A stretch of DNA of 64,000 bases from Chitinophagaceae bacterium. Its GTDB lineage: Bacteria; Bacteroidota; Bacteroidia; Chitinophagales; Chitinophagaceae. The notes beneath the pieces are model-generated. The model searched no databases. It had not been told where the DNA came from and saw only the letters and a program-made list of their open reading frames with translations. The stretch is from NCBI GenBank assembly GCA_043748745.1, contig JAYVEQ010000018.1, positions 27,022 through 91,021 of the forward strand, written 5' to 3'. Made by a program: the position numbers and the translations under genes. Below are positions 1 to 9,128 of the stretch, piece after piece; position 1 is the first letter of the stretch; each line of letters starts with the position of its first letter.

Positions 1-413
1 TTTGGCAACCGGTTAAATTGAATGAACAACAGAGCTTTCTGTTTACTGATGATGTTGCCAAAGTGAATAAAGAAATCATTTATTATCGTATAAAAGTTTT
101 TAGCAAAACAGGTGAGATACAATACAGCAATGTTTTGATTGTTAGAATAATGATATCTCAAACACTGGTAAATATTATGCCTAATCCGGCAAATGGCTAT
201 GTAAATATTAATTTCTCCGTTGATAAAAATATACAGGCAACAATAATGTTAGTTGATAAAGTAGGTAAAAAAGTTTTAGTACAGAATGTGAATTTAACCA
301 AAGGATACAATAACGTCAATTTAAACCTGGAAAGATTCAGCGAAGGTGTTTATGCAATAATAATTGAAACAAATTATGAAAAAATTATTAAGCAGCTTAT
401 GATAGTCAGATAA
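1..413 (+). CDS. 3' fragment of a secreted protein ending in a T9SS (Por) C-terminal sorting domain
   Basis: The frame is open to the window edge, with no stop between nt 3 and the TTG at 18. The last ~80 aa (NIMPNPANGYVNINF...GVYAIIIETNYEKIIKQLMIVR) fit the type-A T9SS CTD pattern. Confidence 0.7.
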   Translation, partial: WQPVKLNEQQSFLFTDDVAKVNKEIIYYRIKVFSKTGEIQYSNVLIVRIMISQTLVNIMPNPANGYVNINFSVDKNIQATIMLVDKVGKKVLVQNVNLTKGYNNVNLNLERFSEGVYAIIIETNYEKIIKQLMIVR

Positions 414-436
414 ATTAATAAAATGAATTAGACATT

Positions 437-480
437 AGAAATAGCCATCTCATTAATTAATGAGATGGCTATTTCTATTT
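437..480 (+). terminator. Rho-independent terminator (40-nt perfect palindrome)
   Basis: agaaatagccatctcattaattaatgagatggctatttct (437-476) pairs perfectly end to end. A T-rich tail follows, 24 nt after the stop codon. Confidence 0.7.
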
Positions 481-608
481 AGCAGTTGTTCCAATTTGCG
501 ACGAATTATTGCAGCTTATATGAAAGCAGGGGCAGTATTTTGAAAACCACCTTAAATTAAATACTTACAGCTTAGAATTTGTATTTTTACAGCTTAATTA
601 TAATAAAC

Positions 609-1709
609 ATGAGTTCATCTTCTGAAAATAAACCTGTAATTGGTATCAGCTGTGGCGATATTAATGGAATAGGAATTGAGATCATTTTAAAAACATTGGT
701 TGATAACCGTATTCTGGATCTATGTACACCTGTAATATTTGCAAATAATAAGGTCATAAATTTTTACAGGAAAGGTTTAGCGGATATCAATATCAACTTC
801 ACTACTTTAAAAGAACTTGGGCGAGTTAATCTGAAGCAAATAAACCTGTTTAATTGCTGGGAAGAAGAAGTTAATATTAACCCCGGAATTTTAAATGAGA
901 TTGGCGGAAAGTATGCTGTTAAAAGTTTAGCTGCTGCCGGACAGGCATTAAAAGATAAAATGATTCATGGCCTGGTAACAGCTCCGCTTCACAAAGGCAA
1001 TACGCAAACCGACAATTTTAAATTTACCGGGCATACTCCATATTTAAAAAATTTATATGGCGCTGCAGATGTTGCCATGTTTATGATTGCAGAAAATATG
1101 AGAGTGGCATTATTGACAGAACATGTTGCGGTAAAAGATATTACCCCATTTATTACAAAAGAAAGTATTATCAGCAAATTGCAGATAATGAACAACTCCC
1201 TGAAAAGAGATTTTAATATCAATAAACCAAGAATTGCAGTGCTGGGTTTAAATCCGCATGCAGGTGATGAAGGATTAATTGGTAAGGAAGAAGAAGAGAT
1301 AATTAAACCTGCCATTAAAGAAGCCAAACAAAGGGATATCTTTTGTTTTGGCCCATACCCTGCTGATGCATTTTTTGCCCGAGGTCAATATGAAAAATTT
1401 GATGGCGTGTTGGCCATGTACCATGACCAGGGATTAATACCATTTAAATCTTTGGCCATTGGTGAAGGTGTGAATTATACAGCCGGATTGCCCGGTGTGC
1501 GTACTTCCCCGGATCATGGTGTTGCATTTGATATTGCCGGCCAGGGCAAGGCAGACGAATCATCATTCAGAGAAGCCATTTATAAATGTATTGATATCAT
1601 TGTTGGCCGTTATGAATACGATTACCAACATAAAAATCCGCTTAATAAGATGAGTTCTGTTGTAATTGCAAATGCAGTGGATGAAAGGATTACTGATATT
1701 CCGGAATAA
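609..1709 (+). CDS. pdxA: 4-hydroxythreonine-4-phosphate dehydrogenase
   Basis: PdxA family pattern: PVIGISCGDINGIGIEI, GHTPYL, LGLNPHAGDEG, MYHDQGLIPFK, RTSPDHG. ATG at 609 (MSSSSENK) is preferred over the ORF-track start at 579. Confidence 0.9.
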   Translation: MSSSSENKPVIGISCGDINGIGIEIILKTLVDNRILDLCTPVIFANNKVINFYRKGLADININFTTLKELGRVNLKQINLFNCWEEEVNINPGILNEIGGKYAVKSLAAAGQALKDKMIHGLVTAPLHKGNTQTDNFKFTGHTPYLKNLYGAADVAMFMIAENMRVALLTEHVAVKDITPFITKESIISKLQIMNNSLKRDFNINKPRIAVLGLNPHAGDEGLIGKEEEEIIKPAIKEAKQRDIFCFGPYPADAFFARGQYEKFDGVLAMYHDQGLIPFKSLAIGEGVNYTAGLPGVRTSPDHGVAFDIAGQGKADESSFREAIYKCIDIIVGRYEYDYQHKNPLNKMSSVVIANAVDERITDIPE

Positions 1710-1730
1710 CACTTAACTAAATTTAATATA

Positions 1731-2030
1731 CTAACTCAGCCCATTAGGGTTCATATAACTTTGCAAAGCATTTACATAAGCTTCAAAAGATTCAATTCCT
1801 TTTTTAGTAATCTTGCAGATCGTTTGGGGATAATTATTGCTGAACTGTTTGGTTACTTCAATATAACCGGCGTCTTTTAATTTATTGATCTGCACACTCA
1901 GGTTACCGGCAGTAGAGTTGGTCTTTTCTTTTAAAAAAGTAAACTCAGCCTCACGCACACTGATGAGCAGGCTTACAACAGCAAGCCTCAGTTGAGAATG
2001 TAATATGGGATCGAGTTCTTTAAAATCCAT
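1731..2030 (-). CDS. small winged-helix DNA-binding transcriptional regulator (99 aa)
   Basis: LRLAVVSLL...FTFLKEKTNSTAGNLSVQINKLKDAGYIEV is a typical wHTH core (HTH_34/ArsR-like). It is the last gene of the 6484->1731 operon, 3 nt after the preceding CDS. Confidence 0.6.
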   Translation of the reverse strand: MDFKELDPILHSQLRLAVVSLLISVREAEFTFLKEKTNSTAGNLSVQINKLKDAGYIEVTKQFSNNYPQTICKITKKGIESFEAYVNALQSYMNPNGLS

Positions 2031-2033
2031 AAT

Positions 2034-2624
2034 TTATTTTTGCGCCTCCCTTATACATTTGTTGCGTAAAATTATTCCCGGAATAAGCCAGGCTGATAAA
2101 GCTGCCAACGCCATGAACAGCATATTTATTTTCAAATCAGTATACAGGGAAATAAAAAATAAACCCCAGCAGATAATACCTCCCAGGATCATTGGTTTAA
2201 AACGAAACATTCCTCCGGTAATAAAAGTTGGTAAACCAAATAACATCAGAAATAATGATTCGGAATGTGAAGGCCTGTAATAATGGTTAAAAAACATCAA
2301 CATTAATATGGATGCTCCAAAAGCCAGCCAAACATAACTCAAGGTTGTTTCCTCGTAACTCACAAAATTTTTTTTCCTTTTATTTTTAAACAACATAATG
2401 AATTGTGGCACCAGTGCCAGGAACATCAGCCACCAGATATCAAATCCAATATCAAACTGAAACTGCATTTTAAAAAAATCAAACAGGCTGCAAAAGAGAA
2501 TGACTATACCCCACATAATGGCTCCAGTACCATTTGAGTGATATGAACTCTTTGCCTTGCTGATCATTTCGGTGATCAATTTCAGGCTTTCGTTTTCGCT
2601 TAATTTTTTTTCTTCAAGTGACAT
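2034..2624 (-). CDS. integral membrane protein (about 5 TM), paralog of 2626..3219
   Basis: N-terminal amphipathic ESLKLITEMISK followed by hydrophobic segments. It shares GLPTFITGGMFRFKPMILGG and a C-terminal IPGIILRNK with its neighbour. Confidence 0.6.
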   Translation of the reverse strand: MSLEEKKLSENESLKLITEMISKAKSSYHSNGTGAIMWGIVILFCSLFDFFKMQFQFDIGFDIWWLMFLALVPQFIMLFKNKRKKNFVSYEETTLSYVWLAFGASILMLMFFNHYYRPSHSESLFLMLFGLPTFITGGMFRFKPMILGGIICWGLFFISLYTDLKINMLFMALAALSAWLIPGIILRNKCIREAQK

Positions 2625-2625
2625 A

Positions 2626-3219
2626 TTACTTAAGGTTGAGTGAAGTTTCGTTTTTGTAACGTAATAGATATGCCGGGATGATATAGCTTACCAATATGGC
2701 TGCTGCACCAAAAAGCATCTGGTAATCATAATTGAAATATGCAGAAGCAATTGCCAATACCCATGCGGCCACACCACCAAATATTAGTGGTTTAAACTGC
2801 AGAAATTTTCCTGAAATAAAGGTTCCTAAACCATAGAGCAGTATAAAAAAAGAAAAGCCATTATTATTCCATCCCATCCGGCTCAGTATCATACTCAAAA
2901 CAAAAAAACTAATACCCATTCCCATCCACAAATATTTCATGCTGTCGCCGATATAGGTATTTGCTTTTTGAGTTCTTCCCTCTTTAATACCCATATATGT
3001 ACTGAAGATTATGGCAGGAATGATAAGTAACCAAACCAGGTAATGTTTTTCATAATTAAAAACATTCTTCAGCAAATACTGTCCTACAAAGGCTACAAAT
3101 GTTACCCAGCCCCATAACAGGAAATATTTACTGTTATCCTCCATGTCCTGTCGGGTTTTGGCAATCATTTCTTGTATCAGTTTTAAGCTTTCCTGTGGAG
3201 AAAAATTTTCTGTTTGCAT
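2626..3219 (-). CDS. integral membrane protein (about 5 TM), paralog of 2034..2624
   Basis: ESLKLIQEMIAK, GLGTFISGKFLQFKPLIFGG, IPAYLLRYK. There is a 1-nt gap to the downstream paralog. Confidence 0.6.
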   Translation of the reverse strand: MQTENFSPQESLKLIQEMIAKTRQDMEDNSKYFLLWGWVTFVAFVGQYLLKNVFNYEKHYLVWLLIIPAIIFSTYMGIKEGRTQKANTYIGDSMKYLWMGMGISFFVLSMILSRMGWNNNGFSFFILLYGLGTFISGKFLQFKPLIFGGVAAWVLAIASAYFNYDYQMLFGAAAILVSYIIPAYLLRYKNETSLNLK

Positions 3220-3236
3220 AATTTTATATTTGCAGT

Positions 3237-3878
3237 TTATTTACATTCACTTAATAATAACTCAACTCTTTGCTTTCCCCAGTTTGGATGAAGTTCACTT
3301 GCAGGTTTAAATTTATTATACTTATCAAGCGAAGATTGCAACACGGGTTTTGCAGTTGCACAACCGCCACCGAATTGTTCGGGTGTATATTTTAAACCCT
3401 GGCCTTTTAAAAATTCGGGACGTGGATTGGTTGGGTCCTGTTGCATGGCAGCATCTATGTAAGAAGCGCTTTCGGGTCCGTATTCCATGTAGCGCTGCAT
3501 AGGGTTAACCATCATGTGGGCACTGGCGATCATACTTTTTAAACAACTGATCTCTGAATTGTTAGGTTGCAAAGAATCTGCCTTATCAATCAACATAGTA
3601 GCCTTATCGGCAATGGCATCAATCTTTGATTTATCCTGCTCCCTGTACGTATAATTAACCTGGCAGTATGCAGCATAATAATATGCCAGCCATTGATTTT
3701 TTTCTGCTGTGGCAATGCGTTCAAAATTATTGGCCAGGCTTAACAGGTTTGCAGGATTTTTAAAACTGGTGTCAATGGCCGCAATATTGCTTTTCATTGC
3801 AGCAATAAATTTTTCGCTTTGGGCAGATGCATTAATAGTTAAAATAATAACAGCGCTGAGGAGAAATAATTTTTTCAT
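3237..3878 (-). CDS. secreted, probably all-helical (TPR-like) protein of unknown function
   Basis: Signal peptide MKKLFLLSAVIILTINASAQ and helix-rich composition. No catalytic motif recognised. Confidence 0.55.
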   Translation of the reverse strand: MKKLFLLSAVIILTINASAQSEKFIAAMKSNIAAIDTSFKNPANLLSLANNFERIATAEKNQWLAYYYAAYCQVNYTYREQDKSKIDAIADKATMLIDKADSLQPNNSEISCLKSMIASAHMMVNPMQRYMEYGPESASYIDAAMQQDPTNPRPEFLKGQGLKYTPEQFGGGCATAKPVLQSSLDKYNKFKPASELHPNWGKQRVELLLSECK

Positions 3879-3924
3879 TGTTTTTTTTTTAATTTTTAGA
3901 TGATTATTTTTTGTTTTTTAATTT

Positions 3925-4215
3925 TTAATATTCTCTTTCTACGGAATTGGCTTCCGGAAAAATATAAGCTCGGGCAAAATGGAATGCCAGCCCAATTCCC
4001 CAGCCAATGGTTGACCACAATGGCCATGGAAAATGATTCCACCCATAGATATCAAAATCTACACCATGGCGGTTTGCAGATAAAAACCAAATGACCCATA
4101 AAAATGCATTTACAATAATGTAGGTAACTGCATGTCTTTTAAAGCCGGCCCTTTTTTGTGCGATCTCCCATAAAACAGGGTCTTTGCCTTCGGGAACTGG
4201 TTGATAGTTTGACAT
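3925..4215 (-). CDS. 2TM domain-containing membrane protein
   Basis: KRAGFKRHAVTYIIVNAFLWVIWF...WPLWSTIGWGIGLAFHFARAY matches the 2TM-domain pattern. Start chosen at MSNYQP (4215), which avoids overlap with the upstream receptor gene. Confidence 0.65.
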   Translation of the reverse strand: MSNYQPVPEGKDPVLWEIAQKRAGFKRHAVTYIIVNAFLWVIWFLSANRHGVDFDIYGWNHFPWPLWSTIGWGIGLAFHFARAYIFPEANSVEREY

Positions 4216-4225
4216 AATAAAATGT

Positions 4226-6484
4226 TTAAAGGTTATTATTAATGGCATCCTGTGTCCTGTCAATTCCAAAGCTTAAAAAACAACCAATGTAAATAAAACG
4301 TTTTGATGGTGGTGTTACTGCTTCTTTCCTGCTGCCATCATTATTATAATTGTAATTAAAAACCTGATTTTGACCCAATACATTATTAATGCCTAAAACC
4401 CATACAGCAAATACTTTGGGATTTGTTTTACCAATATTAGGCAAGTAATTTACACTAAAGCTCATGCTGTTATAGTTGATTGTTTTACCGGCATCGCTGA
4501 TCACATATTTATTTTGTGAATTATCATATGCAATGCGATAATAGGGGCGACCGGTTGCAAAATTATAGCTGAGGTTAAAGCCTGTTTTCCATGGCAACAC
4601 AAATTTCTTAACCACTAATGCTGCTGTGTGATTTGCAGCAAACGATGGTGTAATGGCTTTTGGATAATTTAAAAAATCTCTTTTGGTATCCAGGTAAGAA
4701 TAAGATATCCAGTAATCAACATTTTTAAAAGTTTTTTTATCACGCCAGAATAACTCCACACCTTTTGCATCACCAAAGCCATTGTTATTTAATGCTGCCT
4801 CTCTTCCTGTAGCAGAAAATGTAGTTTTGTACAGATCATTATATTTTTTATAAAAAGCCTCCACTCTGAATGTTTGCTGGCTGCTTATTTTTTGATACTG
4901 CAGAATATAATGTGAGGCCCTTGAATAATTAAGACTGGCAACAGTTGGTAAATATTTTCTTTCAGGGTTCTGGTAAAAAATTCCATATGCAAAAGATGCC
5001 TGGCTGTTATCCGGAAATTTATATGCCAGGGAAAGCCTTGGAGCAACATTCCATTTATTGATCAGTTGTGAATATTCCAGCCTGCCACCCGCCTTTGCAG
5101 CAAGGTTATTGGTAAGATAAATATCCGTTTCGGCAAATACAGATTCCAGGTTATCTGTTACAGTCTCTGAAAATTTAGTCCCGTCATATAGGGTGTAGGT
5201 TGATCTTTCATCGCTGTAAAAATAATCTGATCCAAAACGGATGGCATTCAATCCACCCAATTTTTTCTCCAGTACTAGCCTTGCCTGTGTATAATTTGCT
5301 TTGTTATTCAGTTTAAAATTTTTAAAGGCATAAAATGAAGGATTGGTGATTACCTGTTTTTGATTATTGGCATCCTGTAATTCATTAATTATATCATCCT
5401 TGTTTGTACTGAAACTAAAGCCGGTATTGAGTTTCCAGCCCTGTCCAAAATTTTCCCGCCAGTTAATATTTTGATAGGTATTTAAGTTTTCAATTTCAAA
5501 TGCATTTTTTAAAACTGTAGAATCAATGTCCGGATTTCTAAAACCGGTTTTATTGGTGCTGATATAACCATAGTATTTTATGAATCCTCCACGCTTTGTT
5601 TTAATTCTGAAATTGGCATCGCCCTGGTGATATAAAGGAATCTGATAAAAATCCTGTTTGTATTTATTGAATTTAAAAGCCAGCCAGAGATTGGTATAAT
5701 TGTAAGAAATACCCCAGGATGATCTTTTATGTTTTGACAGATGCTGTATACCTCCCCCAAGTCCAATTACAGAAATAGCTAAATCTGCTTCAGTTCTTTC
5801 GGGCAGATCTTTACTTTCCAGAATTAAAGCCGATGAAAGTGCCTGTCCGTATAAAGCAGAATAACCACCGGTACTAAAAACTGTTCCTTTAAATAAAAAT
5901 GGGTTAAATCGTCCTCTTGTAGCAATCCCCGGAGTACTGCTGTAAAAAAAATTGTTTACGAGGTTACCATCCATATATATTTTGCTTTCGGTTGCTGAGC
6001 CTCCCCTAACAAATAAACCTTCACTTTCTCCAACCTGCTGTGTACCGGGTAAGGTTTTAAATGCGCTTGTAACGTCACCGTTGGCACTTGGTGTAGTTAC
6101 AATATCAATGGCATTTAATACGGCTCCTTTATTCTTATCGCTGGCAACAAAAGAGCCTGCAGAAATTACAACAGCCTTTAATTCTGTGATTAACTCTTTC
6201 AGGGCTATGGTTAGGGTAAAGGAACCTGATCCAAGACTGATCCCTTGTTCATATACACGATAACCTATGATAGATGCTTCTAATATATGCTGACCCTTTT
6301 CTGTGGTACTAAATGAAAAATTACCCAGAGAATCGGATGTAGATCCATCATATGTATTTTTTATGGCAACACTAACTCCACTTACAGGATCGCCTTTTGT
6401 ATCGGTAACTTTTCCATTAACTTTAATCTGCGCTGAAGAACCCAGGGCAGTTAATAATAACAGTAAAATCAATATCCTTTTCAT
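4226..6484 (-). CDS. TonB-dependent receptor with N-terminal carboxypeptidase-regulatory-like domain
   Basis: Signal peptide, then VNGKVTDTKGDPVSGVSVAI (CarboxypepD_reg). A plug-like segment follows (DIVTTPSANGDVTSAFKTLPG...GLFVRGGSATESKIYMDG), then a long beta-barrel-type alternating sequence. Confidence 0.85.
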   Translation of the reverse strand: MKRILILLLLLTALGSSAQIKVNGKVTDTKGDPVSGVSVAIKNTYDGSTSDSLGNFSFSTTEKGQHILEASIIGYRVYEQGISLGSGSFTLTIALKELITELKAVVISAGSFVASDKNKGAVLNAIDIVTTPSANGDVTSAFKTLPGTQQVGESEGLFVRGGSATESKIYMDGNLVNNFFYSSTPGIATRGRFNPFLFKGTVFSTGGYSALYGQALSSALILESKDLPERTEADLAISVIGLGGGIQHLSKHKRSSWGISYNYTNLWLAFKFNKYKQDFYQIPLYHQGDANFRIKTKRGGFIKYYGYISTNKTGFRNPDIDSTVLKNAFEIENLNTYQNINWRENFGQGWKLNTGFSFSTNKDDIINELQDANNQKQVITNPSFYAFKNFKLNNKANYTQARLVLEKKLGGLNAIRFGSDYFYSDERSTYTLYDGTKFSETVTDNLESVFAETDIYLTNNLAAKAGGRLEYSQLINKWNVAPRLSLAYKFPDNSQASFAYGIFYQNPERKYLPTVASLNYSRASHYILQYQKISSQQTFRVEAFYKKYNDLYKTTFSATGREAALNNNGFGDAKGVELFWRDKKTFKNVDYWISYSYLDTKRDFLNYPKAITPSFAANHTAALVVKKFVLPWKTGFNLSYNFATGRPYYRIAYDNSQNKYVISDAGKTINYNSMSFSVNYLPNIGKTNPKVFAVWVLGINNVLGQNQVFNYNYNNDGSRKEAVTPPSKRFIYIGCFLSFGIDRTQDAINNNL

Positions 6485-6990
6485 TTCTCAAAAATTTACA
6501 CAAACGTAAAGTAGTTTATTTTATAAACCAAATAATTTTCATAAAATATTTTTTATTTGTCGCTTAAAAGGGATGAAATCCAGAGCGAAATATTTACTTC
6601 AAGTAGTTGATTATCAATTTTTTAATACCATAGTTAAAGATGCTGTTTTACCCTTTAATAACAGTAAGAACTTATTCACATCCGCTAAAATATATTTTTT
6701 TATGTGGCCGCAATTTGTAATTTAGCAATAGAATTTAATGGGTTAGTAAGTACAAAGGGTCAGCAGAAATGTTGACCCTTTTACTTTGTATCTCACCTCA
6801 ACTACTCTTTTTATAAAAACCGGATCTAAAGATTAAATCACAGATCATTGGTACTATTTTTTTATCGTAATTAAGTTTATTGAACAAAAGTTGGGGTATA
6901 GCTTTTCCTTATTAAGGTTATCCATTTTTTTTATTCTTTAATAATATGTTTCTATTCTACATTCGTACTTCGTAAATTCTAAATATATAA

Positions 6991-8364
6991 ATGAGTAAAA
7001 CTAAATCCGCCTTTTTTTGTCAGAGTTGTGGTTACGAAAGTGTACAATGGCTGGGTAAATGCCCAGGCTGTAATAACTGGAATACTTTTGTTGAAGAAGT
7101 AATTGTTAAAGGAACAGATAAAAAAGAAAAAGATGACTGGAAAGAATATGCCGGTTTGGGAAAATTAAAAACTATTTCAATAAATGATGTTAGCAGTGCT
7201 GAGGAAAAAAGAATCATTACAACCGATGCAGAATTAAACCGTGTGCTTGGTGGTGGAATAGTTTTAGGAAGCATCGTTTTAGTTGCCGGTGAACCTGGAA
7301 TTGGAAAGTCAACTTTATTTTTACAAAACGGTTTACAGTTAAAAGACATTGTTACATTATATATCAGTGGTGAAGAGAGTGAGCAACAAATAAAAATGAG
7401 AGCCGACCGGATCGGTATTAACAGCAGCAATTTTTATTTACTTACCGAAACTAATACACAAACTATTTTCCAGGAAATAAAAAAGCTGAAACCACAACTG
7501 GTCATTGTAGACTCTATTCAAACCCTTCAATCGCCTTTTGTTGAAAGCGGAGCTGGCAGTATCAGCCAGATCAGAGAATCTGCTGCTGAAATGCAACGCT
7601 TCGCCAAAGAAACCAATACACCCGTTTTTTTAATTGGTCATATCACTAAAGATGGAACCATTGCGGGGCCAAAGATATTAGAACACATGGTTGATACTGT
7701 GTTACAGTTTGAAGGCGACAGGCATTACACTTACCGGATCCTGAGAACTTTAAAGAACCGTTTTGGATCTACCGATGAGCTGGGAATTTATGAAATGACC
7801 GGCAATGGTATGAGGGCAGTGAGCAATCCTTCTGAAATATTGATCACACAAAAAGAAGAGCAACTTAGTGGCATTGCTATAGCAGCAACAATTGAAGGTA
7901 TGCGGCCATTGTTATTAGAAGGACAGGCATTGGTTACACAAAGTATTTATGGAACACCACAACGAACAGTAAGTGGTTTTGATCTGCGCCGTTTACAATT
8001 ATTACTAGCCGTGTTGGAAAAAAGAGGTGGTTTTCACTTTGGTGTTAAAGATGTTTTTATAAATATTGCCGGTGGAATAAAAGTTGAAGACCCTTCCATT
8101 GACCTGGCCATTGTAAGTGCTTTGTTAAGCAGTTATGAAGATGTTCCCATTAACCAGCACTATTGTTTCGCCGGCGAAGTTGGTTTGAGCGGTGAGATAA
8201 GAGCTGTTAACCGGATTGAACAACGCATTGCCGAGGCCGAGAAATTAGGATTTGAAAAGATCATTGTGAGCAAGTACAACTCCAAATCGCTGGGCAAATT
8301 AAAATACAATATTGAAGTAATTCCTTTAAGTAAAGTTGAAGAACTGTATCAATATTTATTTTAA
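6991..8364 (+). CDS. radA: DNA repair protein RadA/Sms
   Basis: N-terminal zinc finger CQSCGYESVQWLGKCPGCNNW, Walker A GEPGIGKST, KNRFG motif, Lon-protease-like C-terminal domain. Confidence 0.95.
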   Translation: MSKTKSAFFCQSCGYESVQWLGKCPGCNNWNTFVEEVIVKGTDKKEKDDWKEYAGLGKLKTISINDVSSAEEKRIITTDAELNRVLGGGIVLGSIVLVAGEPGIGKSTLFLQNGLQLKDIVTLYISGEESEQQIKMRADRIGINSSNFYLLTETNTQTIFQEIKKLKPQLVIVDSIQTLQSPFVESGAGSISQIRESAAEMQRFAKETNTPVFLIGHITKDGTIAGPKILEHMVDTVLQFEGDRHYTYRILRTLKNRFGSTDELGIYEMTGNGMRAVSNPSEILITQKEEQLSGIAIAATIEGMRPLLLEGQALVTQSIYGTPQRTVSGFDLRRLQLLLAVLEKRGGFHFGVKDVFINIAGGIKVEDPSIDLAIVSALLSSYEDVPINQHYCFAGEVGLSGEIRAVNRIEQRIAEAEKLGFEKIIVSKYNSKSLGKLKYNIEVIPLSKVEELYQYLF

Positions 8365-8385
8365 CTTGTATAGGTAATTCTTTTA

Positions 8386-9093
8386 ATGATGATTGCCCAA
8401 CTAAAAAATATCTTCAGCAGTACCCTGCATCTTTTTTATCCGCATGTTTGTACAGGTTGCGGATCCGATTTGCTTGAAGAAGATAATTTGCTTTGCCTGA
8501 GATGCATCAATGACCTGCCCAATACCAATTTTGCCAACATGGCAAACAACCCTGTTGAAAAATATTTTTGGGGAAGGCTTCCATTAACAGCTGCATACAG
8601 CCAGTTTTATTTCTCAAAAGAATTTTTAATACAGCATCTAATTCATCAGCTTAAATACAAAGGCGATACAGAAATTGGTTTTTACCTAGGCGAGCTCATG
8701 GGAAAATCATTACTGCACAGTGATCGCTTTAATTCCATTGATGCATTAATCCCTTTACCGCTTTATGCCGATAAAGAACGCAAGCGTGGCTATAATCAGG
8801 CAGCAGTAATTTGCAATGGCATGTCTTCTGTAATGGGTATTCCTGTTTTAAACGGGGCTGTTATCCGTCAACATGCCACCGAAACCCAAACCCGTAAGCA
8901 CCGAACCGAACGTTGGGAAAATGTTAAAGGAAGTTTTAAGATCGCAAAAGAAAATGAATTAAAGAATAAACATTTGTTACTGGTTGATGATGTAATAACT
9001 ACCGGCGCTACTTTAGAAGCATGTGGTAATGTGATCATGCAAGTGGAGAATATAAAGCTGGGTATTGCAACATTGGCCTATGTTGCTAAATAG
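8386..9093 (+). CDS. comF: ComF family protein (ComFC-type phosphoribosyltransferase)
   Basis: CxxC...CxxC N-terminus (CTGCGSD...CLRC) and PRTase motif LLLVDDVITTGATL. Confidence 0.8.
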   Translation: MMIAQLKNIFSSTLHLFYPHVCTGCGSDLLEEDNLLCLRCINDLPNTNFANMANNPVEKYFWGRLPLTAAYSQFYFSKEFLIQHLIHQLKYKGDTEIGFYLGELMGKSLLHSDRFNSIDALIPLPLYADKERKRGYNQAAVICNGMSSVMGIPVLNGAVIRQHATETQTRKHRTERWENVKGSFKIAKENELKNKHLLLVDDVITTGATLEACGNVIMQVENIKLGIATLAYVAK

Positions 9094-9115
9094 TTTGCGG
9101 TTTGTGGTTTGTAGT
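9093..9115. repeat. heptanucleotide tandem repeat (GTTTGYR)x3
   Basis: gtttgcg gtttgtg gtttgta gt. It starts in the last base of the comF stop codon and ends 13 nt before the ATG at 9129. Its reverse complement equals the array at 15594..15618. Confidence 0.8.
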
Positions 9116-9128
9116 CTAAATTTGAAAA

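Noticed and set aside
989-1327. 112-aa ORF antisense to pdxA, and many similar track ORFs (e.g. 5952..6263, 7032..7430, 12246..12629, 27481..27831, 39695..40138, 49380..49904, 59645..60172).
   Set aside because: They lie entirely inside strongly supported genes on the opposite strand or in an alternate frame. They have low-complexity or odd composition and no motifs, so they are shadow ORFs.
3881-3890. T10 run (A10 on the coding strand) just upstream of the 213-aa gene start.
   Set aside because: It is intergenic and typical of AT-rich spacers in this genome, and does not disrupt any frame.
6485-6990. Cobalamin or TPP riboswitch upstream of the TonB-dependent receptor.
   Set aside because: I could not find a B12 box (GCCACTG-like) or a TPP CUGAGA/ACCUGAUCUGGAUAAUGCCAGCG core on the minus strand.
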